NCBI GenBank assembly: GCA_031835245.2
Contig: JAVKOQ020000073.1
Span: 1 to 64,000 of the forward strand
Length of the DNA: 64,000 nucleotides
Reading direction: 5' to 3'
DNA from: Balamuthia mandrillaris
Lineage: Eukaryota
The notes beneath the pieces were generated by a model. It was given only the letters and a program-made list of their open reading frames with translations, made no database searches and was not told where the DNA came from. Positions 49,182 to 61,072 of this stretch are shown piece after piece. Position numbers and translations under genes: made by a program. The stretch's first letter is position 1. Each line of letters starts with the position of its first letter.

Positions 49182-49880
49182 ATGGCCTTTATACAGGACT
49201 GGTTCCTTGACAACGATTTTGAAGAGTTCCCAAGAGACCCTTTCGAGGGAAGGTGGCCATTGCAAGAAGCCGAAGAGAACTTTCTCTTCAAGCCTGACTT
49301 GACCACCGACCCCCACGACAGAGAAGGCTTTCTGACAGACCTGTACCTCAGCCCTGATGTCATGGGACAAGAGGACACCTGTAAAACGGCCGAAAATGAC
49401 CTCTCCTCAACATTATGCAGAGTAGAAGAGGATGCTGTGTTCCTTGGAAGCAACCCTGCCGATGAGGATAGGACGAAATCCCACCTGAAACCATGGGATG
49501 ATAGGAGAAATGGAGGAGGAAAAGCTGCACATGGAGGAGCAGGAACAATTGAACCTAGTGCCGCCCAACCTCGATGCGAAACAGGACGGGCACATGCCGA
49601 TCTTTTGACAAAGGCAAAGGCCGCTACAACGAGAGCCGAGCAGGTCTTTCCCCCGTTGGTATTCCCTTCTACTCTGTGGACGTATTTGGGCTGCGAAATG
49701 TCCTCCGGCCAGCCTCAGCGGCAGTGCACCTCCTTGGATCCTGGAAGCGCTGCCGTTGTTGCAAGGGTGGCCGTCCCTCCCACAGCAAAGCAACCTTCCC
49801 TGGGCTCTGGCCTTGCCTTCATCAAACCTTACAGGAGACGGCGCCGCCGTGCCGATAATCATTTTGGCTCAATGGAGTAG
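49182..49880 (+). CDS. Hypothetical protein
   Basis: 232-aa ATG-initiated ORF filling the gap between genes, with an acidic N-terminus and basic C-terminus. No domain recognised. Confidence 0.4.
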   Translation: MAFIQDWFLDNDFEEFPRDPFEGRWPLQEAEENFLFKPDLTTDPHDREGFLTDLYLSPDVMGQEDTCKTAENDLSSTLCRVEEDAVFLGSNPADEDRTKSHLKPWDDRRNGGGKAAHGGAGTIEPSAAQPRCETGRAHADLLTKAKAATTRAEQVFPPLVFPSTLWTYLGCEMSSGQPQRQCTSLDPGSAAVVARVAVPPTAKQPSLGSGLAFIKPYRRRRRRADNHFGSME

Positions 49881-50094
49881 CTGTACAAAGCTAAAACCCG
49901 CGCACACCCAACAACCATCGCAACACACCAGCCAGCCTTAGTTAAAAGACATACCTCTTACAATGTAACTTCAAATGTATAAAAACAAACGGTGCAACAA
50001 AGTACCTACCTAGTAGTGGTGACGGTGGTGTTAAAGTGGAGAACAACTTCGCCAGGGCCAAGTTAAGAAGCAGCTGATGGAGGAAGAAAAGGGT

Positions 50095-51840
50095 TCAGGA
50101 GGAGTAGGAGGATAGCGCCATTTTTTGAATTTCCTCCAAGAAGTGAGAACAAGTGGCTAAGGCATCTTCCTCCGTCCCCGCCTCGCCGATGACGCGAATG
50201 ATCGGCTCTGTGTTGGACTTGCGCAGGTGCACCCATCTTTTGTCAGAAAGAAGTTGGGTCTCCTCTCCGTTTTCCTGTTGGTGGAGCATGGCATAGTCAA
50301 TGTCAATCTTGAGGCCATCGCTTTCATCTAAGGCAAGTGCCTTGTCCGACCACGCTGCCTTGAAATGGCGAACGACGGCCTCGGGGTCGATACCCTCTAT
50401 AGGGGCCTTCAGTTTGACGATATGGTATTGGGGGAGGGTGCCCTTTAGCGTGCTGATGGTTTGCTTGCTTTGCTGGGCTTGAGAAAAGACGGCCAAGTGC
50501 TGAAGGGCAAGGGCGGCGGCCACGAGAGAGTCCCTGCCTATATGAACGTCAGGTAGCATTACACCTCCATTGCCTTCACCGCCGATGACGGCGTGCGTTT
50601 CCTCCATCATCTTGGCCACGTGTATCTCGCCAACGGGGGTGGCGTAGACTGGGCAGCTATAGAGGGCGGCCACGTCATCCACGGCTCGAGAGGAGGACAA
50701 GTTTTTGCAAACAGGGCCTCGTTTGCCGCAATGTCCCAATATGAAGTTCACGGCCATCACCAAGGTGTACTCCTCTCCCAAAGGTTGCCCGCTCTCGTTG
50801 ATGAAAACGCACCGGTCAGCATCGGGGTCGAGAGCAATGCCAAGGTCCGCCCTTTCTTCCCTCACCTTGTCGCAGATCTGTTGCAAGTGAGCAGGCACAG
50901 GTTCGGGAGAGTGCGCAAAGAGGCCGGTTGGTTCCAGGTTCAAGCCCACCACCTCTACTCCCAGTCGTTGCAGCAGGGAGAGCATGATAGGACCACCTGC
51001 CCCATTCACTGCATCCAACACCACCTTCAAGCCCAGCTCCTTTATGCTCTCTGGCTTTATGTAGGGCAGCTCTAGGATGGCTTCTATGTGTTGCTGCGCT
51101 GCGCTGTCAAGCGTCTCCACGTGACCCACTTCCGTGTACGCTGGAAAGGAGAACTGGCCCTCCTCCGCTAGCTTGAACATCTGGTCGCATTGCTGAGGGG
51201 ACAGAAAGAGACTATCTCTATCCACAAACTTGAGGCCATTCCACGGCTCCGCATTGTGGCTGCTTGTGATTATAACGCCTCCCTCCGCACTCAGCTTCTT
51301 CACCATGTATTGTACCTTTGTTTGTTTGTTGGGTGGAGTGAGACTCTTGGCAGCAAAACAACCCCACCACCACCCACCACCCACCACCCACCAACATAAG
51401 ACAACACCAACAGAGCCGCACACCCAGCAGTAAAAAGGCGCTAACCGTTGGAGTAGGAACTATGCCAATGTCCACCACGCGAAAGCCAAGGGACATGAGA
51501 GCGCCATAAACCAGCTGTAGCACCCAAGGCCCGCTCACCCTGGAGTCTCTGCCCACAACGAGTGTGCCTCCACTGCCGCTTCCCGTGCGAGAACGCAGCA
51601 GGCTTCCAAATGCAGCCACATAGGTGCACACCACGGCTGGCGTGAAACTCTGCCCGACGATTCCCCTCACCCCCGAGATCGTTACCTATCGTTGCTGTCG
51701 TTAGTAGCAACTTCACCCCACAAGACCGCTTGCCAGCATGGAGAGCAAAAAGAGAGGAGAGAGAGCAGAGAGCAGAGAGCAGAGAGCAGAGAGCAGAGAG
51801 CAACACTAACTCATAAACACACCATCAATGGAGAAGACAT
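50095..51840 (-). CDS. Alpha-D-phosphohexomutase (phosphoglucosamine mutase / PMM-like)
   Basis: Motifs ISGVRG, GRDSRVSG, PTP, catalytic ITSSHN..WNGLKF, metal loop DPDADR, GGEGNGG and RKSNTEPIIRV. Two introns. Confidence 0.9.
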
Positions 51841-51950
51841 CTTGGACCAAAGACTTTGAGCCGCCGCAAGCTCTGTGTCCCCTCCCCTTTATTTCCTCTT
51901 CTGCTGCAAATATAATTAAGAACGAAGAAATATAAAAATAAAAAAGAAAG

Positions 51951-53799
51951 ATGGAGAGGCGGGCTGCTGCTCCTGTAAACAACATGAAGGAGGGGAGCTC
52001 CGCGGCAGGCTACACAACGGACAAGGAAGGGCTACTTGCGTTGCGCAGACGGTTCCTATGGTATGTATTGTGCCTCATGAATGTCTGCAAAACGGCAACA
52101 ACAACAACACACGGCATTGTGACTGATGGGCTCCTCATACGCGCACAGCGGCGCCCAGTCTATTTCGTATAAGCAGCCATTGCTCATTGTGAAAGGGCGT
52201 GGCGCCTTTCTTTATGATGAGAACGACCGTCCCTACCTCGACCTGGTTAATAATGTTTGTCACGGTTCATCACTCCCTCTCCCTCTGCCTCTCCTTCGTC
52301 CTCTCCCTCCGCCTCCCTCCCCCCTCTCAGGTCTTCTTTGTCTCCTCTTTTTGCTCTCCTTTTTCTCACACCTGCTTCACTGCTGCTTCGCATGGCTGAT
52401 GATAACAATATTATGGCTGGGCAGTGGGTCACTGCAACGAGCGGGTGGTAAAAGCAGCGGCGGAGCAATTGGCCACGTTGAACACCAACACGCGTTACCT
52501 TCAGTAAGTTAGGCCCGCCACTGCCTTGTTATTTATATGAGCGAACTCTAACGACCGCTGCGTCATGTGATCACTCCCATTCTCCTCCTAATCCCAGTCC
52601 CAACATTGTAAAACTGGCGCAACGGCTGGCAGCTACAATGCCGGAGCAGCTGCAAGTCTGCTTCTTTGTGAACTCCGGAGCCGAGGCCAACGACTTGGCG
52701 CTACGCTTGGCAAGGTGCTACACGGGAAGACGGGACATACTGTCGATGGCCACGGGATACCATGGGGCCACCACCGCCACCATCGAGATCAGCCCTTACA
52801 AGCTTGATGGAAAAGGTGGCTTCGTTGCGCCACCTTACTGCCACAAGGTCCCCATTCCGGACCTCTTCCGGGGACCCTACAGATACGGCGATTCTAATGC
52901 AGGCCACAAGTACGCCAGCCAAGTGGCTGACAAGCTCGCCCACATCCAAAAGACCAGCAGCAGCGGTGGCATTGCTGCCTTCTTCGTGGAGCCCGTGATG
53001 AGCTGTGCTGGGCAGATAGTTTTGCCGGATGGATACTTGCAGGAAGTCTTCCGCCATGTACGAAGTGCTGGAGGCGTTTGCGTGAGTGATGAAGTACAAG
53101 TCGGCTTTGGCCGGGTAGGCACCCATTTCTGGGGATTCCAGACGCAAGGCGTTGTTCCTGATATTGTAACCATGGGAAAGCCCTTTGGCAACGGATTTCC
53201 CTTGGCCGCTGTTGTAACCACAAAGCCTATCGCTGATGCCTTTGCTAACAACGGCATGGAGTACTTCAGTACGTTTGGAGGTATATAAGCGTTTTTTAAA
53301 GTCCTCTTTACTACTCTCCTTCCCTTTGCTTTACTCATTCTCTCTCTTTTGTTTAGGTAATCCGGTTGCATGTGCAGTCGGGTTGGCTGTGTTGGACGTA
53401 ATAGAAGAGGAGAAGCTACAGGATAACGCATTAAAGGTCGGGCAATACTTTGTGGAGGAGCTCCGCAAGCTGCAAGCAAAATATCCGATGATTATAGGGG
53501 ATGTAAGAGGCATAGGCTTGTTTCTGGGAGTAGAGTTGATTAGGGATAGGAGCACGTTGGAGCCTGCCCCAGAAGAGACTTCCTGGATCGCCGAAGCCAT
53601 GAAAGAGAGGGGCGTGCTGATAGGCACGGATGGTCCCTTCCATAACGTGCTCAAAATCAAGCCACCCATCGTCATTACCTGTTCCCAAGTGGACCTCGCC
53701 ATCCGCGCTCTTGATGCTGCTTTGGAAGAACTGTGTGCCAAACATTCCACCCTGTTGCCCTCTATTCCTTCCAGCCAACATTTGACAGCTCGACTTTAA
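51951..53799 (+). CDS. Class-III PLP aminotransferase, AGXT2L/ETNPPL/PHYKPL-like
   Basis: Motifs [73 protein letters not shown] and NVLKIKPP. Confidence 0.92.
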
Positions 53800-53831
53800 A
53801 TGTATTGTATTGTTTATCCGCTTCTCTTCTC

Positions 53832-53870
<39 letters not shown>

Positions 53871-54021
53871 CTCGTTTTCTGTGTTCATCCAAAGCAAGTA
53901 ACTGACCTTTTTCGCTAAAGACAGTAGTACTATCAGTACTAGAGTTTTATGTAGGGTATTTATAATAGGGAGGAAAAAAAGGGGTTCGTGCATGCCTTTA
54001 TCAACGCTGGCTGTTGTTACA

Positions 54022-54673
54022 TTACTGCTCGTGCGGCTTGACTACCAGGACTGGAATGGGAGAATTGGTGACGACGTAGGAGCTTACAGAGCCAAGCAGA
54101 AGCCTTGTTATGCGAAGTAGAAGAGAGAGAGAGAGCAGTAAGTATGTTAACAAGTTCCCTACAGAGACGTTGGTGGGCACCTTTTAATAAGGCCGAGGCC
54201 CCTGCTACCTACAACGATAAGGTCAGCAGCTTCCTCTTGTGCCTTTTCAATGATGGCCTCTCTTACACTGGTTGAATGGGAGTTCACCAGCTTTATGTTG
54301 TGCTCTGGTACCTATTTACTCGCCCACACGTTACATTACACCTTCATGAAGGAACAACACAAAGGGGCACAGGGTAAGTGAGGCGCGTGTGTACCCCTTT
54401 TTCCATCAGAAATGCCTTTTCCTGTTCCAAGATGTTCTGGGCTCGGTTCATTCTTCGCAGTCGTTCCTCGTCTTCCTGCTCTTGCATCAGTTGCACGGGA
54501 GGTAAGCCTGTCACCACCACGTCGAAATTGCTGGTGGGCATCAGAGTGTTGGGTTCCTCCCAGAAGCTGGCCACAACTACCTCGTCCTTTTTTCCAGAGC
54601 CAAGGAAGCTGCAGGCAAACTCCAGTGCCTGCCTGCTGTTCTTGGAGCCATCGGTGCATACAAAGTACTTCAT
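54022..54673 (-). CDS. Universal stress protein (USP)
   Basis: MKYFVCTDGSKNSRQALEFA...VREAIIEKAQEEAADLIVVGSRGLG..|LLLGSVSSYVVTNSPIPVLVVK. Confidence 0.92.
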
Positions 54674-55001
54674 TTTTTTAAATGGTTTGTCAGTGCTTAG
54701 GCGGATGCTCTGTGGTATTGCCACTGGTCTCTTTGTTTTTTTTTTTTCCTCCAACGGATACGACAACGAGGCAAGGACAGGAGGGGGGCATGCTGTGATA
54801 ATGCAGCTGGCAGGGGCGTCGTTTACTTGCTGGCAACCAAATTTCCTCATGTTCTCCATGATCACCACCCCAATTTCACTGATCGATCTATTACCTTTTT
54901 AAGCATTAAGGTACCTCCTTAGCAAACATAAGGTACCTCCTGAACACCGATATTAAGGTGCTCCCCTTGGTTTTGGCGGCACAAGGGGAGAGCACCACCA
55001 C

Positions 55002-55789
55002 ATGGAGCAGCAGGGGCAGCAGCAGGAGGAAAACGGGACAGCTGAAGGAGCAGCCAGCGGCCAGCCTCATGAGCTCCGCCACCAGGAGGAGGATGAAACG
55101 GAGGAAATGCCTTTCCACAACGAGTTTTTCTTTGACTATGGGGACCTTTCCAAGAAGGCTCCCTTCTGCGTGACTCCCCCTCACCTGGCTCAGCTGTTTG
55201 TGACGCTGGCCGGTGTTACCAAGGAGGACCTTGTGGTGGACCTGGGCTGTGGCGAAGGAGATGTGCTCAACCAATGCGCGTTGGCAACGGGTTGTAACGC
55301 GTTAGGGCTGGACATCAAGGAAAAGCTCGTCAATACGGCCACGCAACGAGCAAAAGAACTAGGCCTCGACGTGGAAACAAGCGTTCGGTATCGTGTCTCC
55401 GACTTTATACGGGACACTTCATGGATCGACGAGGCCACTAAGGTTTGCCTAACTTCCCAAACCACAGCAAACAAAAAACAAGAAACCAGAAACAAAATAG
55501 ACGACCAGCCATTCATTTGTGTTGTTATTGTAAACAGGTGTACATATGGACGGTGCCCGCTCAGATGGAGGACCCTGCATTACAGCATGCCCTTGCCGCA
55601 TTTGTGCAACGGAAACCTGGAAACGTGTTAGTGTCGCGAAACCTTCCGGTGCCGGGGCTCACCCACGTACATTGCGAGAAGCCAGCCTACTATTTTGTAT
55701 ATTGCCATCCTCTATCGTGTGCCCCTCCTTCTGTTCACACATTTTCTTCGACTCCTCTTTCTTCTGCCCCTGACCACAAGCTTGGATGA
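55002..55789 (+). CDS. Class-I SAM-dependent methyltransferase (FAM173/DOT1-like protein methyltransferase)
   Basis: Motifs APFCVTP, LVVDLGCGEG and GLDIKEKLV; a second exon encodes VYIW...LVSRNLPVPG. Confidence 0.78.
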
Positions 55790-55911
55790 AGCAGGCAGTA
55801 GGCATGTTGAACGCCAACAACAACATATTTTTCTTTTGAATAGCCATTATCTCAGTTGTTCTGATACAGAACCGCTTGACTTGGCGTTTAGTGATGCGAG
55901 TCTATTGTTTC

Positions 55912-56751
55912 TCATTTGAGCGTGGCCTCAAAGTCATCAACGGCTTGCTTGGCGCTCGGCAAAAGATTATGTTCAGGTTCCCAGCTGTTGGCTTGTTCAT
56001 CGAAATCCTTCCACTTGACCAGATATTCCACAGCCACTTCTTTACTCTCTGCGTCCCAAAACATGCGTTTGTCCAGAATAGCGCCCACTTCATACTCCTC
56101 TCCCCCCTCTTCCTCCTCATCTTGCTTGCCATTTCCCTCTCCCTTCCGCTTTTGGTGTTGCTGCTTAGGCGCTGCAGCGTTTTCGGTTGTAGAGGCAGCG
56201 ATGTCGGAGGGCAGTGATAACTCGGCATTGCTGCGGAGAGCGGCAACAACCGCCACCCTGGAACGAAGCTTCTGACCGCTGGGAGTGTACCAGTAGGTGT
56301 CAGTCCTGCCAATCGTTGCTCCTGCTTGCCTTTGCTTCGTTTCTACCTTCCAGCCGTCAGGTAGCAAGCCCTCTTGTAAAAAGGCACGCACCTGGGGGTG
56401 TGGATCATCGCTTCCCTTCCTTGCGCTGCTCGTCCGCTCGTTGGCTTTCTTTTTGGTACTCTTGCTTTTGTTCTTTTTCTGTTTACTTTTCCTGCTCTTG
56501 TTGTTGTCATCGTCGGTGGGTGGCGTGCCGCCTTCCGACGTTTCCTTGCCCGCCACTACGCCTATCTCCTCCCCCAGGCGTTCCCCTTCTTCTTGTTGTT
56601 TTCTCTTCTTGGTAGCACTGCGCAGTTGTCTCGACTCAGGGCCACCACCATCGCTAGAAGGGGGACGTTCAGCAGCAGCCGCAGCAGCAGGCCGCTTGGT
56701 GGGGGGGCTTGCTCTCGTCCGTTGTTGCAGTTGTTGTTGTTGTTGGTTCAT
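55912..56751 (-). CDS. Methyl-CpG-binding domain (MBD) + chromodomain protein
   Basis: MBD: LPDGWKVETKQRQAGATIGRTDTYWYTPSGQKLRSRVAV. Chromodomain: EYEVGAILDKR...EYLVKWKDFDEQANSWEPEHNL. Confidence 0.88.
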   Translation of the reverse strand: MNQQQQQLQQRTRASPPTKRPAAAAAAERPPSSDGGGPESRQLRSATKKRKQQEEGERLGEEIGVVAGKETSEGGTPPTDDDNNKSRKSKQKKNKSKSTKKKANERTSSARKGSDDPHPQVRAFLQEGLLPDGWKVETKQRQAGATIGRTDTYWYTPSGQKLRSRVAVVAALRSNAELSLPSDIAASTTENAAAPKQQHQKRKGEGNGKQDEEEEGGEEYEVGAILDKRMFWDAESKEVAVEYLVKWKDFDEQANSWEPEHNLLPSAKQAVDDFEATLK

Positions 56752-56929
56752 CCCACCACCACCACCCGCCCAACAACCCCCCTTCTACTTTGTTTTTTGC
56801 TAGAAAACTATTTCTATAGCCGCTTTGCCTATTGTGAATATTATTATATTATAATGTTGCTTCGCCGGGAAGGGTTGCGGGGAGGAGCTCACATTCTTTT
56901 TAATCTATTTATTTATTTATTTATTGTGG

Positions 56930-58883
56930 CTACAGTTGCAGTAAGGAGCGAAGCGCAAGCAACGCTTGTAACGCGCCGCTTTCCACCGCTATGTAGTCCT
57001 CGCTGTTGTATGGCACTTGGCTCTCCCACCTGTTCACTCGCACCAGCTTGGCATGCGGCCGCAGCACAGAGACCGTGAACTCGCTATTGTAACGGACTGA
57101 ATAGACAACAAGAAAAAAATAGGTTGCAGGTGTGAGACACCTGTCGACAAAGCAAAGAGAGAAGGTGCTCACCCGTAGGCACGGAGTTGCCCGCTCCAAA
57201 CTCCAATATGACGAGCGGTACTTTGTCCTCGCGTATCTGCTTAAGCCACTTGTCATACAGAAGTTGCTGCTGTCTTGTGCGCCTTGGTATCCAGCCCTTG
57301 TCATCAAACACTGCAAAGAGGTGAGAAAGTGGTACAACGCATTCACAAAAAGAATGAACAGAGAAGATAGTCACTCAAGATATTAGGTCGTGGGAGATCA
57401 GAGCAGTGGGGACAATCCGGAAACGGTTCAAAGGCTGTCATTTCTTCCTCGTCCACAGCTATGTTGATATGGGAGGCATCCCATATTTGGTTGCGTTTGT
57501 TACAATGCGTATGACATTGCCAATGATGGATGGATCCTGTATTGTTCGAGACCTTTTCAGTTAGTTGGAGCTCACTTCACATGTATGCATACACCAAGAA
57601 GAATAATACCATGATATTCAACTATTTTGTTATCGTCAAAGCCTGCTTTTTGAAACTGCAACACAAAAAGATAAGTACAAGGAAGATTGCCGTGGAGAGA
57701 GCAAGCAGAGAGCAGAGAGCAGAGAGCAGAGAGCAGAGAGCAGAGAGCAGAGAGCAGAGAGCAGAGAGCAGAGAGCAGAGAGCAGAGAGCAGAGAGCAGT
57801 AAGAGGGAGAGAACTACTAACATGACCATCAACATTGCTGGTAAAAATAAAGTAATTATTGTCCTTTTGTTTGACTATATCCAGCAGCACTGAAAAGCCA
57901 GCATGTGGTGGGACTCTCCGGTACATGTTCATTCTGTGTCCATAGAATCCTAACGCTATATTATATTGCCCATGTAGGCATATCTTTTAGCGGCCCGACA
58001 ACTACCAGAAGAAAAAGAGAGAGAGGAATAGAGACAAAAGAGAGAATAGAACCCGAGACGCAAAGGAGCAGAGAACTAGTGAAGAGAAACGGGGAGAGAA
58101 CCTAGCTCAGGGTTATCATCAAACCATCGAGGGTTGGCCATTTCCACAAAGGTAATATCCTTGTCTCTCATGGCGGGATAAGCCCTCCAAAAGCCTGCTC
58201 TCCACCACAATAATCACACAAATGATAAGAACGAGGCTCACAATAAAGAAGCAGAGGAGGAGCGTATGGAAGGGTACCTTCGTTGCCTCTAAAGTCAGGC
58301 AGGCCAGAGTCCACCCTGCATTCGTATGTTTGTATGTTTTGTTCGTGTATGCATGCGTGAGCAACATCCACAAGCTTACTGCTGACAGTGAAAAACGAGC
58401 GGTACGGACTAACCCCATTCCTGCGGCAATGACGAAGCAACAAGCAGCATGGCGCGCCATCACCACCAGCGGCAGCAGACTTCATAAGGTTAGGGCCGGT
58501 AGTAAATAAAACAGAACAACAACGCAAACAAACGAGCAAGCAAGCTACAGGCACGAAGAAACAAAGAAGAGAGGTACAAAACCAGCTCCGGCACAGATCA
58601 ACACCGCCTTGGCCTCCCGGATGGCTGCCGCTGCCTTCTCCATGCTTGCAGCCGTTTGGCTGGCATCACCGGTACCGGCAGTGGTGGTAGCCGTTGGCGA
58701 GGAGGACCCTCCACCAAAACGAGGCGGAGTGGTGCTGCTGGCGAAGGTCCGCCGTCCCCCTGCGGCTCTCACACAACGAGCTGCCGCAGCTCGTTTGCTG
58801 CCTCCGAAACAACAACCTGCAGCGAAATGCCAACCATCCCCACTGCTGATGCCCCGAGTGGGGAGCAAGGCAAACCTGGGCAT
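56930..58883 (-). CDS. Sir2-family NAD-dependent deacylase with probable mitochondrial presequence, multi-exon
   Basis: Spliced AGAG-MG-VDSGLPDFRGNEGFWRAYP, FYGHR, FTSNVDGHFQKAG, EYHGS, QC..C/CPHC, RPNIL and EFGAG. Confidence 0.88.
57704..57798. repeat. (AGAGAGC)n heptamer tandem repeat, intronic (second copy at ~51760-51802)
   Basis: Directly visible in the sequence. Confidence 0.9.
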
Positions 58884-59092
58884 GGGCAATGTCTTCTGAG
58901 CACGCGGCCCGCACCTGTTTTTTTTTTTTTTTTTTTTTTTTTGCTGGGAGGAAGCGTTCCTCCTCCTTCCTGTCCTCCTTCCTGTCCTCCTTCCTGTCCT
59001 CTTACCAATTTTTAAAATTTGCTTGGCTGGGAAGCCAGTCCACTTCTTTCTACGCCACCCACCACCCACCACCCACCACCCACCACCCACCG

Positions 59093-60320
59093 ATGGAGAG
59101 CCCAGCACCAGGAGGAGGAGGAGGAGAGGAGTCCATGCCGCAGACGCAGCTGCCACCATTGTTTATGTTGGATGAGAACGCGCTGTTGCTGATTTTGTGC
59201 CATTTGGAGGAGAGGGACGTGGCGGCTCTCTCTGCCACTTGCTCGGCCATGCGCCAGGCGTGCAACTCCACCTCTTTGTGGCTGGTGCTCTACCTTCGTG
59301 CCTTTGGCCACGATTTTTGGGGAGAGAATTACCACGGTCCTCATCCTTACCTCTTCGAAGCACGTCGCCTCTCTTTCACTTTCTTTTCCTATCTTGTCGT
59401 TTCTTTCTTTCTTTCTTTCTTGTTGTTTCTTTCTTGTCGTTTCTTCATTTCTTTCTTTCTTGTCGTTTCTTTCTTGCTTAACACCACTAACCAACACCAA
59501 CAAGGCAGTCTGGAGTAGAGGAGGAGAAGCCCGAACCTGGAAGCAAGATATGGCCATTACGGTTGACGAGGGATGCACTACACAACCCATGGAAGGACTG
59601 CGCACCTCAAGACGTACTTACGCGCTTTGCAGAGTGGTATCCCCCTCCCTGTTGGGGCGATGCCAACCAGATATCGTTCGACCTTCGGCAGATAATGGTC
59701 AATGGGACTGCTGGCCCGTGTTCCAACCCCATCAAAGACTTATACCACTGCCATTGGACTATGTTCAAGTATCTTCTTCTTTGCTGTTTCTTCTTTCTCT
59801 TCGCTGCTTTCTGCTTTCTTCTTTCTTTTCTCCAGTGTGGCTCACCAGTTAGCAACAGAACATGGACGCAGTGCGAGGAGTACGAATGGGACTGCACGAT
59901 CTTTATTGCAGGATTGAACCAGGGCCACATTGATTTGATGTTTTCTCTTATCTCCAAGTACTTGGAAGGGGATCCTCCTTCACGACCATCCCCTCGCTTG
60001 CACAGTCCCTCAGGAGCATGCAGCATGCTGTCCCACACGTATAAATACTATTCTGAAGACGAGGCAACGGTTCGTCTGTTAAAGGTGAGGCGACCCAGAG
60101 GCTGGATTAGGGCCCGCGGATACAGAGTGTCAAAGTTGGTTTATATGGTATGCACTCTTTCTTCTCTAGAGTTCTTTCGCATATCTAATACTTGTTCACC
60201 GTCAGGTGGACGGTGAAGAGTTTATGAAGGATAGCAAGTTCCGCGAGGAGGTAAGGGGAGAGAGGAAGAAAAAGATAAATAGGGAGATAGGATCCCGGGA
60301 GGAGAGAGAGAAAGAGAGAA

Positions 60321-60380
<60 letters not shown>

Positions 60381-60918
60381 CTGAGAGCGGATGTTCACCT
60401 CGCTACTGTTCTTTTCGCAGCTCTACACAGAGTTTCATGGCACTCTCGGAGAGGTTAAGTACAGCAATTGCACATTCGTATCGTTGATGGTGGTAGCGGA
60501 GAATGCATCGCGAGGATTGCTAGGCAAGGTCCTGAATCACCTCAAGATCTCTCAAAATGATCGGTTGGATGACATTTGCTGTAACTACTATGGCCCAGTG
60601 CTAGTCGCTGCTTCCTTGGTAAGCATGTACCACGAAGATGGGACAGGCAACTCGCTGGCACAAGGACTGGCCGATGTCACACAAGCTTTGCAGAGTATTG
60701 CTGACAAGCCAAATGAGCAAGACAACAAGCAACAATGTAGGGACAGCCAGGAGGCATTAGAGCCACTCCTAAGCAAGAACACCGCTTTGGCGTCGTTCTA
60801 CTGGCTACTAACGCAACCTGATCGCACTCACGAGATGGACTTTTTCACGTCAAGACCTATTTGGATGGGACTGTTGAAGGATAAATGGATCCCGTCCAAC
60901 GGCTGGCCTGAAGAATAA
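59093..60918 (+). CDS. F-box protein, multi-exon
   Basis: F-box-like LFMLDENALLLILCHLEERDVAALSATCSAMRQACNSTSLW. Downstream exons have no recognised domain. Confidence 0.68.
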
Positions 60919-61072
60919 CACAAGGCAAACATGTGAACACGAATTTTTTGTATTTGTTTACAGGGAACCAAAAGAAACAAAACTTGTTGGGTTGGAAGGA
61001 AAAAAGAGGGCCTCTGTTTCGTTGGAAGGATGAAGAGCTTCAGCATTCTGGCCTTGCTTCCCTTCCCTGCCC

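Noticed and set aside
51760..51802. (AGAGAGC)n as a telomeric or functional repeat (also at 57704-57798)
   Set aside because: Both copies are short and intronic, consistent with ordinary simple-repeat expansion in polypyrimidine tracts.
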